From: an uncultured archaeon
GTDB taxonomy: Archaea > Thermoplasmatota > Penumbrarchaeia > JASLWR01
DNA length: 64,000 nt
Assembly (NCBI GenBank): GCA_964430885.1
Contig: CAYSHM010000001.1
Coordinates: forward strand, 64,001-128,000
Direction: 5' to 3'
Translations under genes and position numbers: made by a program
In this document: piece after piece, positions 37,101-45,481 of the stretch
Numbering within the stretch: the stretch's first letter is position 1
Layout: every line of letters begins with the position of its first letter
The notes under the pieces: generated by a model
Database searches by the model: none
The model's input: only the letters and a program-made list of their open reading frames with translations
Told to the model about the DNA's origin: nothing

Positions 37101-40100
37101 CGAGCGATCTCTAGCTCTTATATCTACAGAGTGCTCCCCGTCAGATACCAGTGTAGTGTTCCAGGGTACTGTGATATTGACCCAGCCCTTGCTGTCGATG
37201 TTGTATTGAAGAATATGGAGGAAAGGTTCCCCGCGTATCCCTATGCCGAAGGAAACCGAACCCCATACGATATCCATGTCATCAGGCTGGTTGATGGTTA
37301 TCTCAGGAGCATTATTATCAATCATGAAGGTCACATTGGCCGAAACTGTAATGTTCCCCGCGGCGTCCATTGCGAAGACCCTGGCGGTATAATTTCCATC
37401 CTGAACCTGATTTGTATCTAGAAATGTTTCGTAATAACCTGTATTGGCGTTATAACTCATTGTGGTATTCAGAATTGATATATTTGTAATATTGTCCTCC
37501 GCTACTATCCAAACCCGGTCAAGACCTACATTATCATTAACAAGAGCGCCGAAGGTGTAGATGCCGGATATGAACTGCTGGTCCGTGGGCAGACTGAGCG
37601 TGGAGGTGGGAACGTTATTATCCACTGTAACAATGATTGTTTCCTCCACTTGGTGTCCTCCACCGTCCACAGCCCTTATTTTGATGGTATGCTGGCCGTC
37701 AGAATATAGCCAGGTATCCCAACTCAGGTTTGAATTGGTCCATCCGGAACTGTCTATCTTATATTCCAGTTTGGTCAGGAACACCTCATCGATGGAGATG
37801 TTGAATTCCAATCTGCCTGAAATGATGTCTCCATCCTGAGGATGAAGTATGCTCATTGACGGTTCGTTATTATCGATATAGAATTCAGTTTTTACTGAAG
37901 GAGTAGTATGCCCGGACCCATCAGTGGCATAGGCAGTAATATTAAAGGCCCCGTCAGGAAGATTGGCGGTGTTATAGGATAGTTCATAGTAACCGGAATC
38001 TGCGTTATATCCCACAGAAACATTCGATACCATTTCCGCACCAGTTTCATTCAATATTGTTATGTTGACATGCTCCATGCCAATATTATCATTGGCGGTT
38101 ATCTTGAATGAATATACTCCATCAGTAAATTCGCTCACCACAGGAGCCACTATGGAGCATTGTTCTGGAGGTGAGTTGTCGAATATCACAGTTGTCTCAT
38201 AGGTGGATTGTGCTCCGTATATGTCCTCACCATGAACATAAAGAGTGTGTTCTCCATCCAGATAATTTGAGGTATTTATCACCGCTTGGAATCTGCTTCC
38301 GGATATGAGGGTCATATCTATCCACTGATTTGCATCAATGCGGTATCTTGGATTGTCAGCTTCATCAGGTATTCCATCTGGATCTGTAATATTTGTGATA
38401 AGCTGATAATTACCGGTCAATATGTCTCCTTCAGCTATGTTTTCCAGAATGATGTCAACATCGTTATATATCTCAATATTTCCTGATTGGGAACCTTTAT
38501 TTCCTGCCCTGTCGTAGGAATTTACCGTATAGGTATAAATTCCGGATATCAATCCAGTTGCCACGGTGACATTTTCTGAAGTGTAAATACCGTCAAAGGC
38601 CACTTGATCGTTCCCGCTCCCATCATCTTTCATGGGGACCTGATCGCTCCCTCCTATATTGGATGCGTCAAGATAAACATTTCCCAATCCAGTTTGTCCG
38701 TCGCTGCAGTTGGATTCCACATAGATTGAATACTGGTCCTGGGCTACGTCTCTTCCAGGGGGATATGTGGTATTGACCCAGGCAACGTTGGGCTGTAGAT
38801 TATCCAGCTGAATATTATACTGGGTTCCGTTAACATTTCCTGCCTCATCAGTACCTTCAACCTGGAAAACTATGTTCCCGGTATCAAGGCTGTTGATTGT
38901 TACTAGATCTGAACCGTATACCTTGTCCCCTGCCTTCCCATCAGAGTGAAGCCCGTCATCGAACATGTTGACCTTTAAGGGGATTCCAACCGATGATAGG
39001 TCGCCCTGGACAGAGGCAATTCCTTTGGGCTGTTCCAAACCCAGAACGTCGGTTCCGAAGGTCTGTATTATCTGGGAAACATTGGTGTATATTGCAAAAA
39101 GATCTGTAGATTCCGGAGCGTAATAGTACTTACCGCCGTTAGAGGTATTTCCGATACTAGAAAGATCGAATTCAGTGGTGTATTTGTATGATGCTTCATT
39201 GGCGCTTAGATAACCTGGGACGAGATGATCCGATGCCTGAGGTGTAATTCCCAGACCTATTGTGAAAACGGGGATACTCGAATTGATCAATCCAGTTCTG
39301 GTTCTCTCATCGGCTCCGGGATCGAAGTTCACAGTGGTCAAGGGATTATTGGGATTGGTATCCGTCTCTCTCTGGACCGATGGATAGGTCCTAACCGGTG
39401 AGCCCCATTCACAGCCCCCGTTGACAGTCCAGGTCTGCCCCACGGCACCGTCACTGGCCCCTGGGCAGAAAGTCTCGGATCCTTCTTCCCTTCCATTCTG
39501 TCCTACAGTGTCGTCACCATCGGTCATGGCTATCACAACAGGAACGGCATCAGCTCTACGGTTGTTAATGGCGTACTGCATAGCCATACCAATTGTGTCC
39601 CAAATAGGTGTGTTGCAGGCAGGCCTCCCGAAGAAGTTCGTCAAATGTGCATTATCATCCTCAGTTATTACGAATTTTGTAACGTTCTTGCCAGTTGAAG
39701 TGTAGGCTGCCCCTTGAGGATCGTTATAGGTATCAGACATGGTAAGGAAAGGTGAATACATTTTCACATCCTCAACCGGAAAACCCGCCTGAAGGTCGAA
39801 TCCGAAAACAGCGCATCGGTCATCATCGACGAGCTGATCGATAAAGGTTGTAGCAGCATATTCAAGATCATCCCACATCATACCTCCGCTTCCGTTGTCC
39901 GCAGCCATTGAACCAGAATTGTCAAGAGCTAGAACCACATCCAGAGGTTTTCTGCTCACAACTTCTTCTATAATTATTTTGTAATCGAGAGCTTTAGCAG
40001 TGATCCGGACCTGGTCGGCGTTCTTCACAGCTTCCTGTCCTGCAGGAAGTATTGTCTGGATCTCCAGTATGGTAGGTTCGTAAATATCGATATTGCAGGG

Positions 40101-40772
40101 AACTGTGACATTCCTTTTATTGCCCATTGTATCGCCGGCCTTGACATATGCGGCTTTATATCCGCCTCCGGAGCTGATGTTTATTGGTGACGTTCCCCAG
40201 ATATCATCATTTGGTGCATCATCCTGGTGCTGTCCGTCATCGTACATTGTGATATTATTCCCACCCCCTATGGGGGAAGCATCGCATGTTACCCAGGCAA
40301 TATCGGATACAGCTTCAGTCACTTTTGCAGTAATCGCTACCTGATCTCCCGGTTTTGCATTGTTCTGACCCTGAGGATAAATTGTGGATCCGTTTGATAT
40401 CAGAGGACCGTTATTATCAAATTTTACTGGGATAGACATCACATCATTTGTGGTATCTCCATTTGAATCATATCTGATGATATGAGCGCCGTCATCCCAA
40501 CCAGATGTATTTATTGTATAGGTCCAGGTGTTGGCATTTTCTGCCATTGTTCCTATCAGTATTCCATCTATTCTCAGTTCCACGCTGTCGGCCGAATTGG
40601 AATCGCATGAGAATTCCACATTCCCTCTTAATATCTGCCCGGATGTGGGAGTGTTCGGCGCAATTGCATTACCGCTAACATTATAAGCAATATTGACCAA
40701 AGAAAAAAAACCGGTTAGGCATATCAATGCCGTCAAGACATAGCTTATTATCTTATAAGTTTTTGTTTTCAT
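34101..40772 (-). CDS. Giant surface adhesin: Ig-like repeats, choice-of-anchor-X-like modules, VWA domain, TM, cytoplasmic zinc ribbon and charged tail
   Basis: Signal peptide, three MxDDG..D...D motifs, VWA MIDAS DNSGS/T/TDG, about a dozen 'WDT...DG.H.I.I.A.D..G' Ig-like repeats, TM, CPDC-x10-CPKC, K/G-rich and acidic tail. Confidence 0.88.
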   Translation of the reverse strand: MKTKTYKIISYVLTALICLTGFFSLVNIAYNVSGNAIAPNTPTSGQILRGNVEFSCDSNSADSVELRIDGILIGTMAENANTWTYTINTSGWDDGAHIIRYDSNGDTTNDVMSIPVKFDNNGPLISNGSTIYPQGQNNAKPGDQVAITAKVTEAVSDIAWVTCDASPIGGGNNITMYDDGQHQDDAPNDDIWGTSPINISSGGGYKAAYVKAGDTMGNKRNVTVPCNIDIYEPTILEIQTILPAGQEAVKNADQVRITAKALDYKIIIEEVVSRKPLDVVLALDNSGSMAADNGSGGMMWDDLEYAATTFIDQLVDDDRCAVFGFDLQAGFPVEDVKMYSPFLTMSDTYNDPQGAAYTSTGKNVTKFVITEDDNAHLTNFFGRPACNTPIWDTIGMAMQYAINNRRADAVPVVIAMTDGDDTVGQNGREEGSETFCPGASDGAVGQTWTVNGGCEWGSPVRTYPSVQRETDTNPNNPLTTVNFDPGADERTRTGLINSSIPVFTIGLGITPQASDHLVPGYLSANEASYKYTTEFDLSSIGNTSNGGKYYYAPESTDLFAIYTNVSQIIQTFGTDVLGLEQPKGIASVQGDLSSVGIPLKVNMFDDGLHSDGKAGDKVYGSDLVTINSLDTGNIVFQVEGTDEAGNVNGTQYNIQLDNLQPNVAWVNTTYPPGRDVAQDQYSIYVESNCSDGQTGLGNVYLDASNIGGSDQVPMKDDGSGNDQVAFDGIYTSENVTVATGLISGIYTYTVNSYDRAGNKGSQSGNIEIYNDVDIILENIAEGDILTGNYQLITNITDPDGIPDEADNPRYRIDANQWIDMTLISGSRFQAVINTSNYLDGEHTLYVHGEDIYGAQSTYETTVIFDNSPPEQCSIVAPVVSEFTDGVYSFKITANDNIGMEHVNITILNETGAEMVSNVSVGYNADSGYYELSYNTANLPDGAFNITAYATDGSGHTTPSVKTEFYIDNNEPSMSILHPQDGDIISGRLEFNISIDEVFLTKLEYKIDSSGWTNSNLSWDTWLYSDGQHTIKIRAVDGGGHQVEETIIVTVDNNVPTSTLSLPTDQQFISGIYTFGALVNDNVGLDRVWIVAEDNITNISILNTTMSYNANTGYYETFLDTNQVQDGNYTARVFAMDAAGNITVSANVTFMIDNNAPEITINQPDDMDIVWGSVSFGIGIRGEPFLHILQYNIDSKGWVNITVPWNTTLVSDGEHSVDIRARDRSGKESTVEITVIVDNNLPFGDVLSPNNNEYISGKYSFKVSGGDTVGIQSVRINVFSNSYNATYNPLTNTYEVGIDTTLQQDGTYFITAQVIDLANRAVIIGGQQFNVDNHIPEININSPGEMDYVEGIVDFNVEVHDHFTSLTQCEYNIDNKGWIPLVWDPGNSTLSYDNYIGPWNTSRFSDGVHTIDIRGSDMSGLERTYTISVIVDNSAPTCEIHTPIQNQHMEDTITFKIKATDKVGLDRVILYFQEEYINASYNSQSGYYEYTFDTTTIAEDGTKSVRATAYDLSGKFVNTGITTFNIDNTPPKLGINSPSNLQFVNGTVIINATTTDTYPLPTEYNVDSSGWHDVGFPWDTTKIQDGTHTIIFRARDSIGHETVESIEVIVDNNAPSCTIHTPTPSQFVEKSITFKVLASDNLGIDTVLFNIFTDTQYEKTIEGTYNSVTNYYEYTQSLYGIEDGTYSMNAEVTDISLKKVVLDSVNFHIDQSFPVLNIQKPLNGEHLSGISYFNLSSEDSFDVKIEFNIDEGGWETYGNTRGNTWDTTQYKDGEHEVKIRVTDNAGHVTEREINVFIDNSAPIIKFVTPRNGDYLTGIITVKVYSQDSVSLENTFMVIDNGTQEEVFINQITGLFESPLDTELYPDGAHTITLVSRDRVGNSNTATLQVRFKNAGPGFITTDLPEKDSGDIEFRINNTDNATKMYINIDSSGWREMAYRSSDNTFWYIWNTDTGDNGLHTYQIKAVDAYGNERISSDTIEVNNEITFMKKFTNILPLILFIMLILFLIILIFLLIRSGKVRKWVAKDDKEEEEEVKEEEEESGLVSGIWENVGDEDDDDLEMKGKSKEIEDENLDYECPDCGTAVGDNDTVCPKCGAEFMEDDEEGVNMEEKKFSIYEEDDGAGKEEKGEKKNKVGKTSPGDDKTKGKGKKKGSRGSKKKGDSKGKNKNKGKGKGRGKGTDRKRGGKNEEKKKEIEDEPWIEDDGADWVDDGEENGELGGWIDE

Positions 40773-41096
40773 TAAAACACCGTCCTATTTTATAAAAATG
40801 GATTATTACATCGGTTATTTTGATATTATTTTCACATGAGTGATTAAGAAGCAGTTCATGATTCCTAACTCATAGGATATTTTAAATAAATACTTTTTAT
40901 GGTACGGATATTAAATTATTTCAAAAAGGTTTGATCAGCAAAACTATTAAAGTAAACGCAGAATTATATTCCATTTGAATAGGATGATCCTATGCCATAT
41001 TATGTAAGTTCCAAATAAATTCAAATCAGGAATAATTTATTTATCTCAACAAATACATATTACACTGTATTAATAAAATGGTTAGGGTGATGTAGG

Positions 41097-43148
41097 ATGA
41101 AAATTCAGGATATCAGCAGAAAGAATATTGCAATAATCATATGCATTATTCTGCTTCTGAGCTCAATTGGGCTCTATTATCTCACTCGGTCAAAAAAAGA
41201 AGTAGTACCTCCTTATGCTCCTTCCAAGGAATTACCGAAAAATTTTATTGCTTTAGTGGAAGCTCCAAGCAACCAAGATGACATGATGTTCATATCCTCA
41301 CTATCGTCTATCACAGTCAGGAATGAGGGTTATAATCCTCTATTTATTTTGGATGAGGGTTCCCTGGATTCTCATCAACTTTGGACAATTGACCATATGG
41401 AGGATAAGTACAAAAATGCACCCAAAATACTTTTTACCAATAATGATGCCACCTATGAGAATGTTAAGGGCCAAGTTAATGATGTAATTAGATATAACGT
41501 GACCGACACCATCCTTTCCACCTTCAAGGGATTCAGCGGAGTGATCGACGTGGCTTCTCATGAAGAGGCTCTTTGGGTCTCTCCCATAGCCAAGGTAGAG
41601 AACAAAGTGATACGCCTGGGAAGGGCAACCTTTGCAGATCAGGAGATGGCCTGGGGAAGGTTGAAGGAATTGGGAATAAATGCCAATTATATTGTTATGG
41701 CAAATCCTAACGATATATCCATTGAGGCCCTTGCGGCTGCATCGGAATTCTATGATCCTTACGATGATAATTTCCACACACCTGCCCTATCATGCCTTGC
41801 ATCCCAGTTAGCTGCGTTCCACAACGGGTTTGTCCTCACCCAGATGACTCCCTCCACAGAGCAGATATATACATTTAACAACCCGAATTATGATGATACC
41901 AATTATCATTTAAATGCCCGTTCTACCGGTTATTACAAGGAGCTGAAAAAATTATCTGCAAATTATTATGTACAAAAGATGGATAGCACTCAGCCGGAAG
42001 ATTTTGCAGACACACCTGAATATGTTTGTATTGTCGGAAGTTCGGCAGCAATCCCCCAGTTCCAGATACCTGGTAATGGGGATGGTGATAATCTGGTCAA
42101 TGTCGATGTGATGTTCGGATTTCTGGACGATGACCTGTATCATATGGATGCAGCGGTTGCAAGGTTTATCAATCTGAACATACAGGGCGCATCCAATCAA
42201 TTGGTGAGAACCCTGGCCTATGACAGTATTGTTGACACTGTTAGCGTTGAATACTCTGACGGTCCCCGTAATGTGGATTGGAGGAGGCACGGCGCTTCAT
42301 TCAGTGGTTATGAGATCACCTATGAACGAATGCAGGTTTCACCCGGTCGTTTTATCTGCAAGGATTATACGGATGAAGGGCTGGAATATGAGTATTATGG
42401 TCCTGCAATGGTTGAACAGGAAGTCACCCTCTCTCCAGAGACTACTCTGGAGCCAGCGGTCCAGGCAAGTGCCTTTGTTGCATACAGAGGTCATGGGAGC
42501 GACACAGGGGCCCTTTATATGGCCTCCTATGTAGTTGGAAATGAGGAAGCAGTACTAAGAGGTACTGAGGCCAGGGACTTATTCATTCCGCCTCAAGTAG
42601 CTTTTTGGGTATCATGTATGAACGGGAAGATCCACGGTACGGATTTTGGTGCCGACGCTGATGATGTTGTGTATGATGAGCTTTTCTCCTTGAACTATCT
42701 GTACGGCGGAGCTGTTGCTCTTGGCGGAGCTACAGAAGTGAGCTACAGCAATATTGGCCAAGACTTATATTCATACCCTGAGGAATACCTGCCTGGAATA
42801 ATCAATCCAGCATGGTCTGATGGGAATCATGAATGGAATAGGAATGATGCTTGGTATGCTTTCTTCTGGGACGGCATGCTGAACTTTGAAAAAACCCACG
42901 GTTCCATCGGCAAGGCACTGCAGTGGGCCGAGAACAGGTATATTGATTATCAGACGGGTAGGGGAATGCCTGTAACTCCATTTGAATCCAGTATGACTGG
43001 TGGAGGAGATGGCGATACGGGGGAAGACCCGGCAGTTCATTGGAAAGAGGTGGCCATGTTTGTTATTTATGGAGATCCGGCCTTTACTCCTGCTAGTTAT
43101 AAACCTGGTTCAAATAATTACAATCCCTGGAGCAATGGTGATACTTGA
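41097..43148 (+). CDS. C25 (gingipain-like, clan CD) cysteine peptidase
   Basis: N-terminal TM, 'YVCIVG', 'AVAR', catalytic-like His in YRGHG and Cys in VSCMNG, C-terminal 'IYGDPA'. Confidence 0.72.
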   Translation: MKIQDISRKNIAIIICIILLLSSIGLYYLTRSKKEVVPPYAPSKELPKNFIALVEAPSNQDDMMFISSLSSITVRNEGYNPLFILDEGSLDSHQLWTIDHMEDKYKNAPKILFTNNDATYENVKGQVNDVIRYNVTDTILSTFKGFSGVIDVASHEEALWVSPIAKVENKVIRLGRATFADQEMAWGRLKELGINANYIVMANPNDISIEALAAASEFYDPYDDNFHTPALSCLASQLAAFHNGFVLTQMTPSTEQIYTFNNPNYDDTNYHLNARSTGYYKELKKLSANYYVQKMDSTQPEDFADTPEYVCIVGSSAAIPQFQIPGNGDGDNLVNVDVMFGFLDDDLYHMDAAVARFINLNIQGASNQLVRTLAYDSIVDTVSVEYSDGPRNVDWRRHGASFSGYEITYERMQVSPGRFICKDYTDEGLEYEYYGPAMVEQEVTLSPETTLEPAVQASAFVAYRGHGSDTGALYMASYVVGNEEAVLRGTEARDLFIPPQVAFWVSCMNGKIHGTDFGADADDVVYDELFSLNYLYGGAVALGGATEVSYSNIGQDLYSYPEEYLPGIINPAWSDGNHEWNRNDAWYAFFWDGMLNFEKTHGSIGKALQWAENRYIDYQTGRGMPVTPFESSMTGGGDGDTGEDPAVHWKEVAMFVIYGDPAFTPASYKPGSNNYNPWSNGDT

Positions 43149-43287
43149 AATGGTAATTTGCTGATCATTTTCAGTGGTAATTTATGCAATCAATTTGGTA
43201 TGTCCGATTAATTTTATTCAGCCAGGTTTTTTAGTAGGAAAATATATTTATTCAATAATAAGTTCGGGTCTATGATTGTAAACCTAT

Positions 43288-43388
43288 GCCGGGGTGGCTC
43301 AGCTGGTTAGAGCGTCGGACTCATAGGGAAAAAAAAGTCAGCCTCCTGGGTTATCCGGAGGCCGCGGGTTCGAACCCCGCCCCCGGCA
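43288..43388 (+). tRNA. tRNA-Met(CAT), elongator type, with 27-nt intron at canonical 37/38 position
   Basis: Acceptor GCCGGGG/CCCCGGC + A, T-arm GCGGG-TTCGAAC-CCCGC, anticodon CAT at 43322-43324. Intron 43326-43352 forms a bulge-helix-bulge (CTCA/TGGG helix, bulges TAG and TTA). Confidence 0.93.
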
Positions 43389-43416
43389 CATTGATATTGA
43401 TTTCTTTGATACTTCT

Positions 43417-43448
43417 AACCCCTGTATGGATACTATGGGGTTGTTTTT
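43417..43448 (+). terminator. Hairpin + T-tract downstream of tRNA-Met
   Basis: AACCCC...GGGGTT stem followed by GTTTTT. Confidence 0.35.
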
Positions 43449-43536
43449 ATGGTCTTTAATATTATAATTCATTCAGTTCAATTAAGTCTGGTGTTGTTTA
43501 AAAAATTGTAGTCGATTATCACTCTAATTATTACAG

Positions 43537-43896
43537 GTGTTGTTTGTGTATAAGATGGTCATTGTGATTAGGTCAGATCTGAAGATGTCTAAAGGAAAAA
43601 TGGCGGCCCAAGTGGCACATGCAGCGGTATCCTGTGCTATGAAGTCAAATAAATACTCCAGTGCACTGTTCAAAGGGTGGATGAATCAAGGGCAGAAGAA
43701 GGTAGTGTTGAAGGTTCCAGACAAAAAAGCGCTCTTAGATCTATATGAAGAAGCCCAAGTAAAGGGTTTGACATCAAAGATCATTGCGGATGCAGGACAT
43801 ACTGAACTGGAGCCAGGTACAATTACCTGCCTGGGAATTGGACCAAGTAAGGAAAAGGATATTGACAGGTTAACGAGTGATTTGAAGTTGGTATGA
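43537..43896 (+). CDS. pth2: Peptidyl-tRNA hydrolase (Pth2)
   Basis: KMVIVIRSDLKMSKGKMAAQVAHAA, GQKKVVLK, DAGHTE, GIGP. Confidence 0.96.
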   Translation: MLFVYKMVIVIRSDLKMSKGKMAAQVAHAAVSCAMKSNKYSSALFKGWMNQGQKKVVLKVPDKKALLDLYEEAQVKGLTSKIIADAGHTELEPGTITCLGIGPSKEKDIDRLTSDLKLV

Positions 43897-44483
43897 TGTC
43901 TTACGATATTCGAAAGGGAAATATTAGGGTATTAGCCATAGATGATTCGCCTTTTACTTTTTCAGATGAACGGACACAAATAATTGGTATTGTTTCCAAA
44001 GGCCCCACTTATATGGAAATAATAATGAAAGAAGTAGTTGTCGTAGATGGTCATGACTCTACGGAAAAAATCATTTCTATGGTAAAGGGGTCCCACCTGC
44101 GTGACCAAATTAGATTAATATTGCTGGATGGAGCATCTTTCGGGGGTTTTAATATTTTTGATCCAGAATATATTTTCCACAAATTAAACATACCCTTGAT
44201 CACAGTTTGCAGAAGAAATCCGGATTTGATATCTATTAAACAGGCATTGATTAAAAACTTCCCTGATTGGGAAGAAAGATATGCTGTACTGACCAAGAAT
44301 GTGATTCAGAAAACGGAAATACCAGGCGGTCATTTGTATATCAAACGATTTGGAATCAATCCTGCGGATTCACAAATCGTAATCAATAATCTGTTGGTGA
44401 ATGGAAAATTCCCTGAACCGCTGAGACAGGCGCATATGGTAGCATCAATTCTGAAAAGGAATATTTCCAAAGGTAAGGCATAG
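43893..44483 (+). CDS. DUF99 family protein (endonuclease V-like / endonuclease dU)
   Basis: VLAIDDSPF, VDGHDST, LDGASFGGFN, PEPLRQAH. ATGA overlap with pth2. Confidence 0.88.
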   Translation: MMSYDIRKGNIRVLAIDDSPFTFSDERTQIIGIVSKGPTYMEIIMKEVVVVDGHDSTEKIISMVKGSHLRDQIRLILLDGASFGGFNIFDPEYIFHKLNIPLITVCRRNPDLISIKQALIKNFPDWEERYAVLTKNVIQKTEIPGGHLYIKRFGINPADSQIVINNLLVNGKFPEPLRQAHMVASILKRNISKGKA

Positions 44484-44521
44484 ATACCCCATTCATGAAA
44501 ATTGATTGCGCGATTCAGATA

Positions 44522-45235
44522 TTATTTATTCGTGACCCTTTTTTTCCTTCTTTTCCTGGTGCGTTTGTCTGCTTTTCTGGTATCTGCACTGGTGACTTCT
44601 ACAGCCTCTTCAAGCTCTATTGGTTCAACTATCAATGTCAGGAACTGTTTATTCAAATCACTCAATAAATGATTCTTAAAAAGACCTAGTCTTGCCGAAC
44701 CGTTCAGCCACTCTCTTTCCAACTGAGTGAAGGTGCCGATTGCCATAATGTCATAATAATTCTTCAGCATTTTATCCAGGAAAATATTCTTTACAAGATC
44801 AGTATCAATTGCAACAATCTTTTTATTCATATTAAGATATTTTTCACCTATATACGTGCATAATTCTCCAATGTTTATATCCTGGTAGCTGAAATTTCTA
44901 TCTTCAAACATGATATTGTGGAACAATTCTCTCATCCGGGTTTTGTTTTGTCCGTTGTTCATCAATCGGATAAATTCTTTAATTGGTGATATATTATCTT
45001 TAGATAGGAATATCTCTATATCATTGAGGTGTTTTATTTCATCAATGCCTCCGGTTCTTTTAATGTAAGTAATATCCAAATTATTTAAAGCGACTATCCC
45101 TAGAAATAGCTTTGTTTTACATTCTATAGAGGAAAAGTAAAGTTTAGAAAGTGGAATATTTACTTCGGAAGAGATAAATTCCATAGTATTTTTAATTTTA
45201 TAGGGTACCTTAAGTGCGAATATTTTATTTTTCAT
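44522..45235 (-). CDS. Hypothetical protein (237 aa, basic C-terminus)
   Basis: Long ORF with GGGAG RBS. AT-rich, no recognised motif. Confidence 0.6.
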   Translation of the reverse strand: MKNKIFALKVPYKIKNTMEFISSEVNIPLSKLYFSSIECKTKLFLGIVALNNLDITYIKRTGGIDEIKHLNDIEIFLSKDNISPIKEFIRLMNNGQNKTRMRELFHNIMFEDRNFSYQDINIGELCTYIGEKYLNMNKKIVAIDTDLVKNIFLDKMLKNYYDIMAIGTFTQLEREWLNGSARLGLFKNHLLSDLNKQFLTLIVEPIELEEAVEVTSADTRKADKRTRKRRKKRVTNK

Positions 45236-45481
45236 TTTTCATTCTCCCTTTTATTTTTAGGAATGAAAATTACTTTATTTAAATTATTGTTTAACTATAA
45301 TATTATTTATGTCAAATTATTATTTTAAAAAGGTATTTCTCATATGCGGTAATGTTTATATAATGATGAAAGCCATTTACCTTATTCGATTGTAAAATAT
45401 AATCTATGAGAATAATGTGAACATAATTTTTAAAAAAGTTGAAAAAATATATTTCAGTATGAAAAGAAAAGGTGAATAGAA

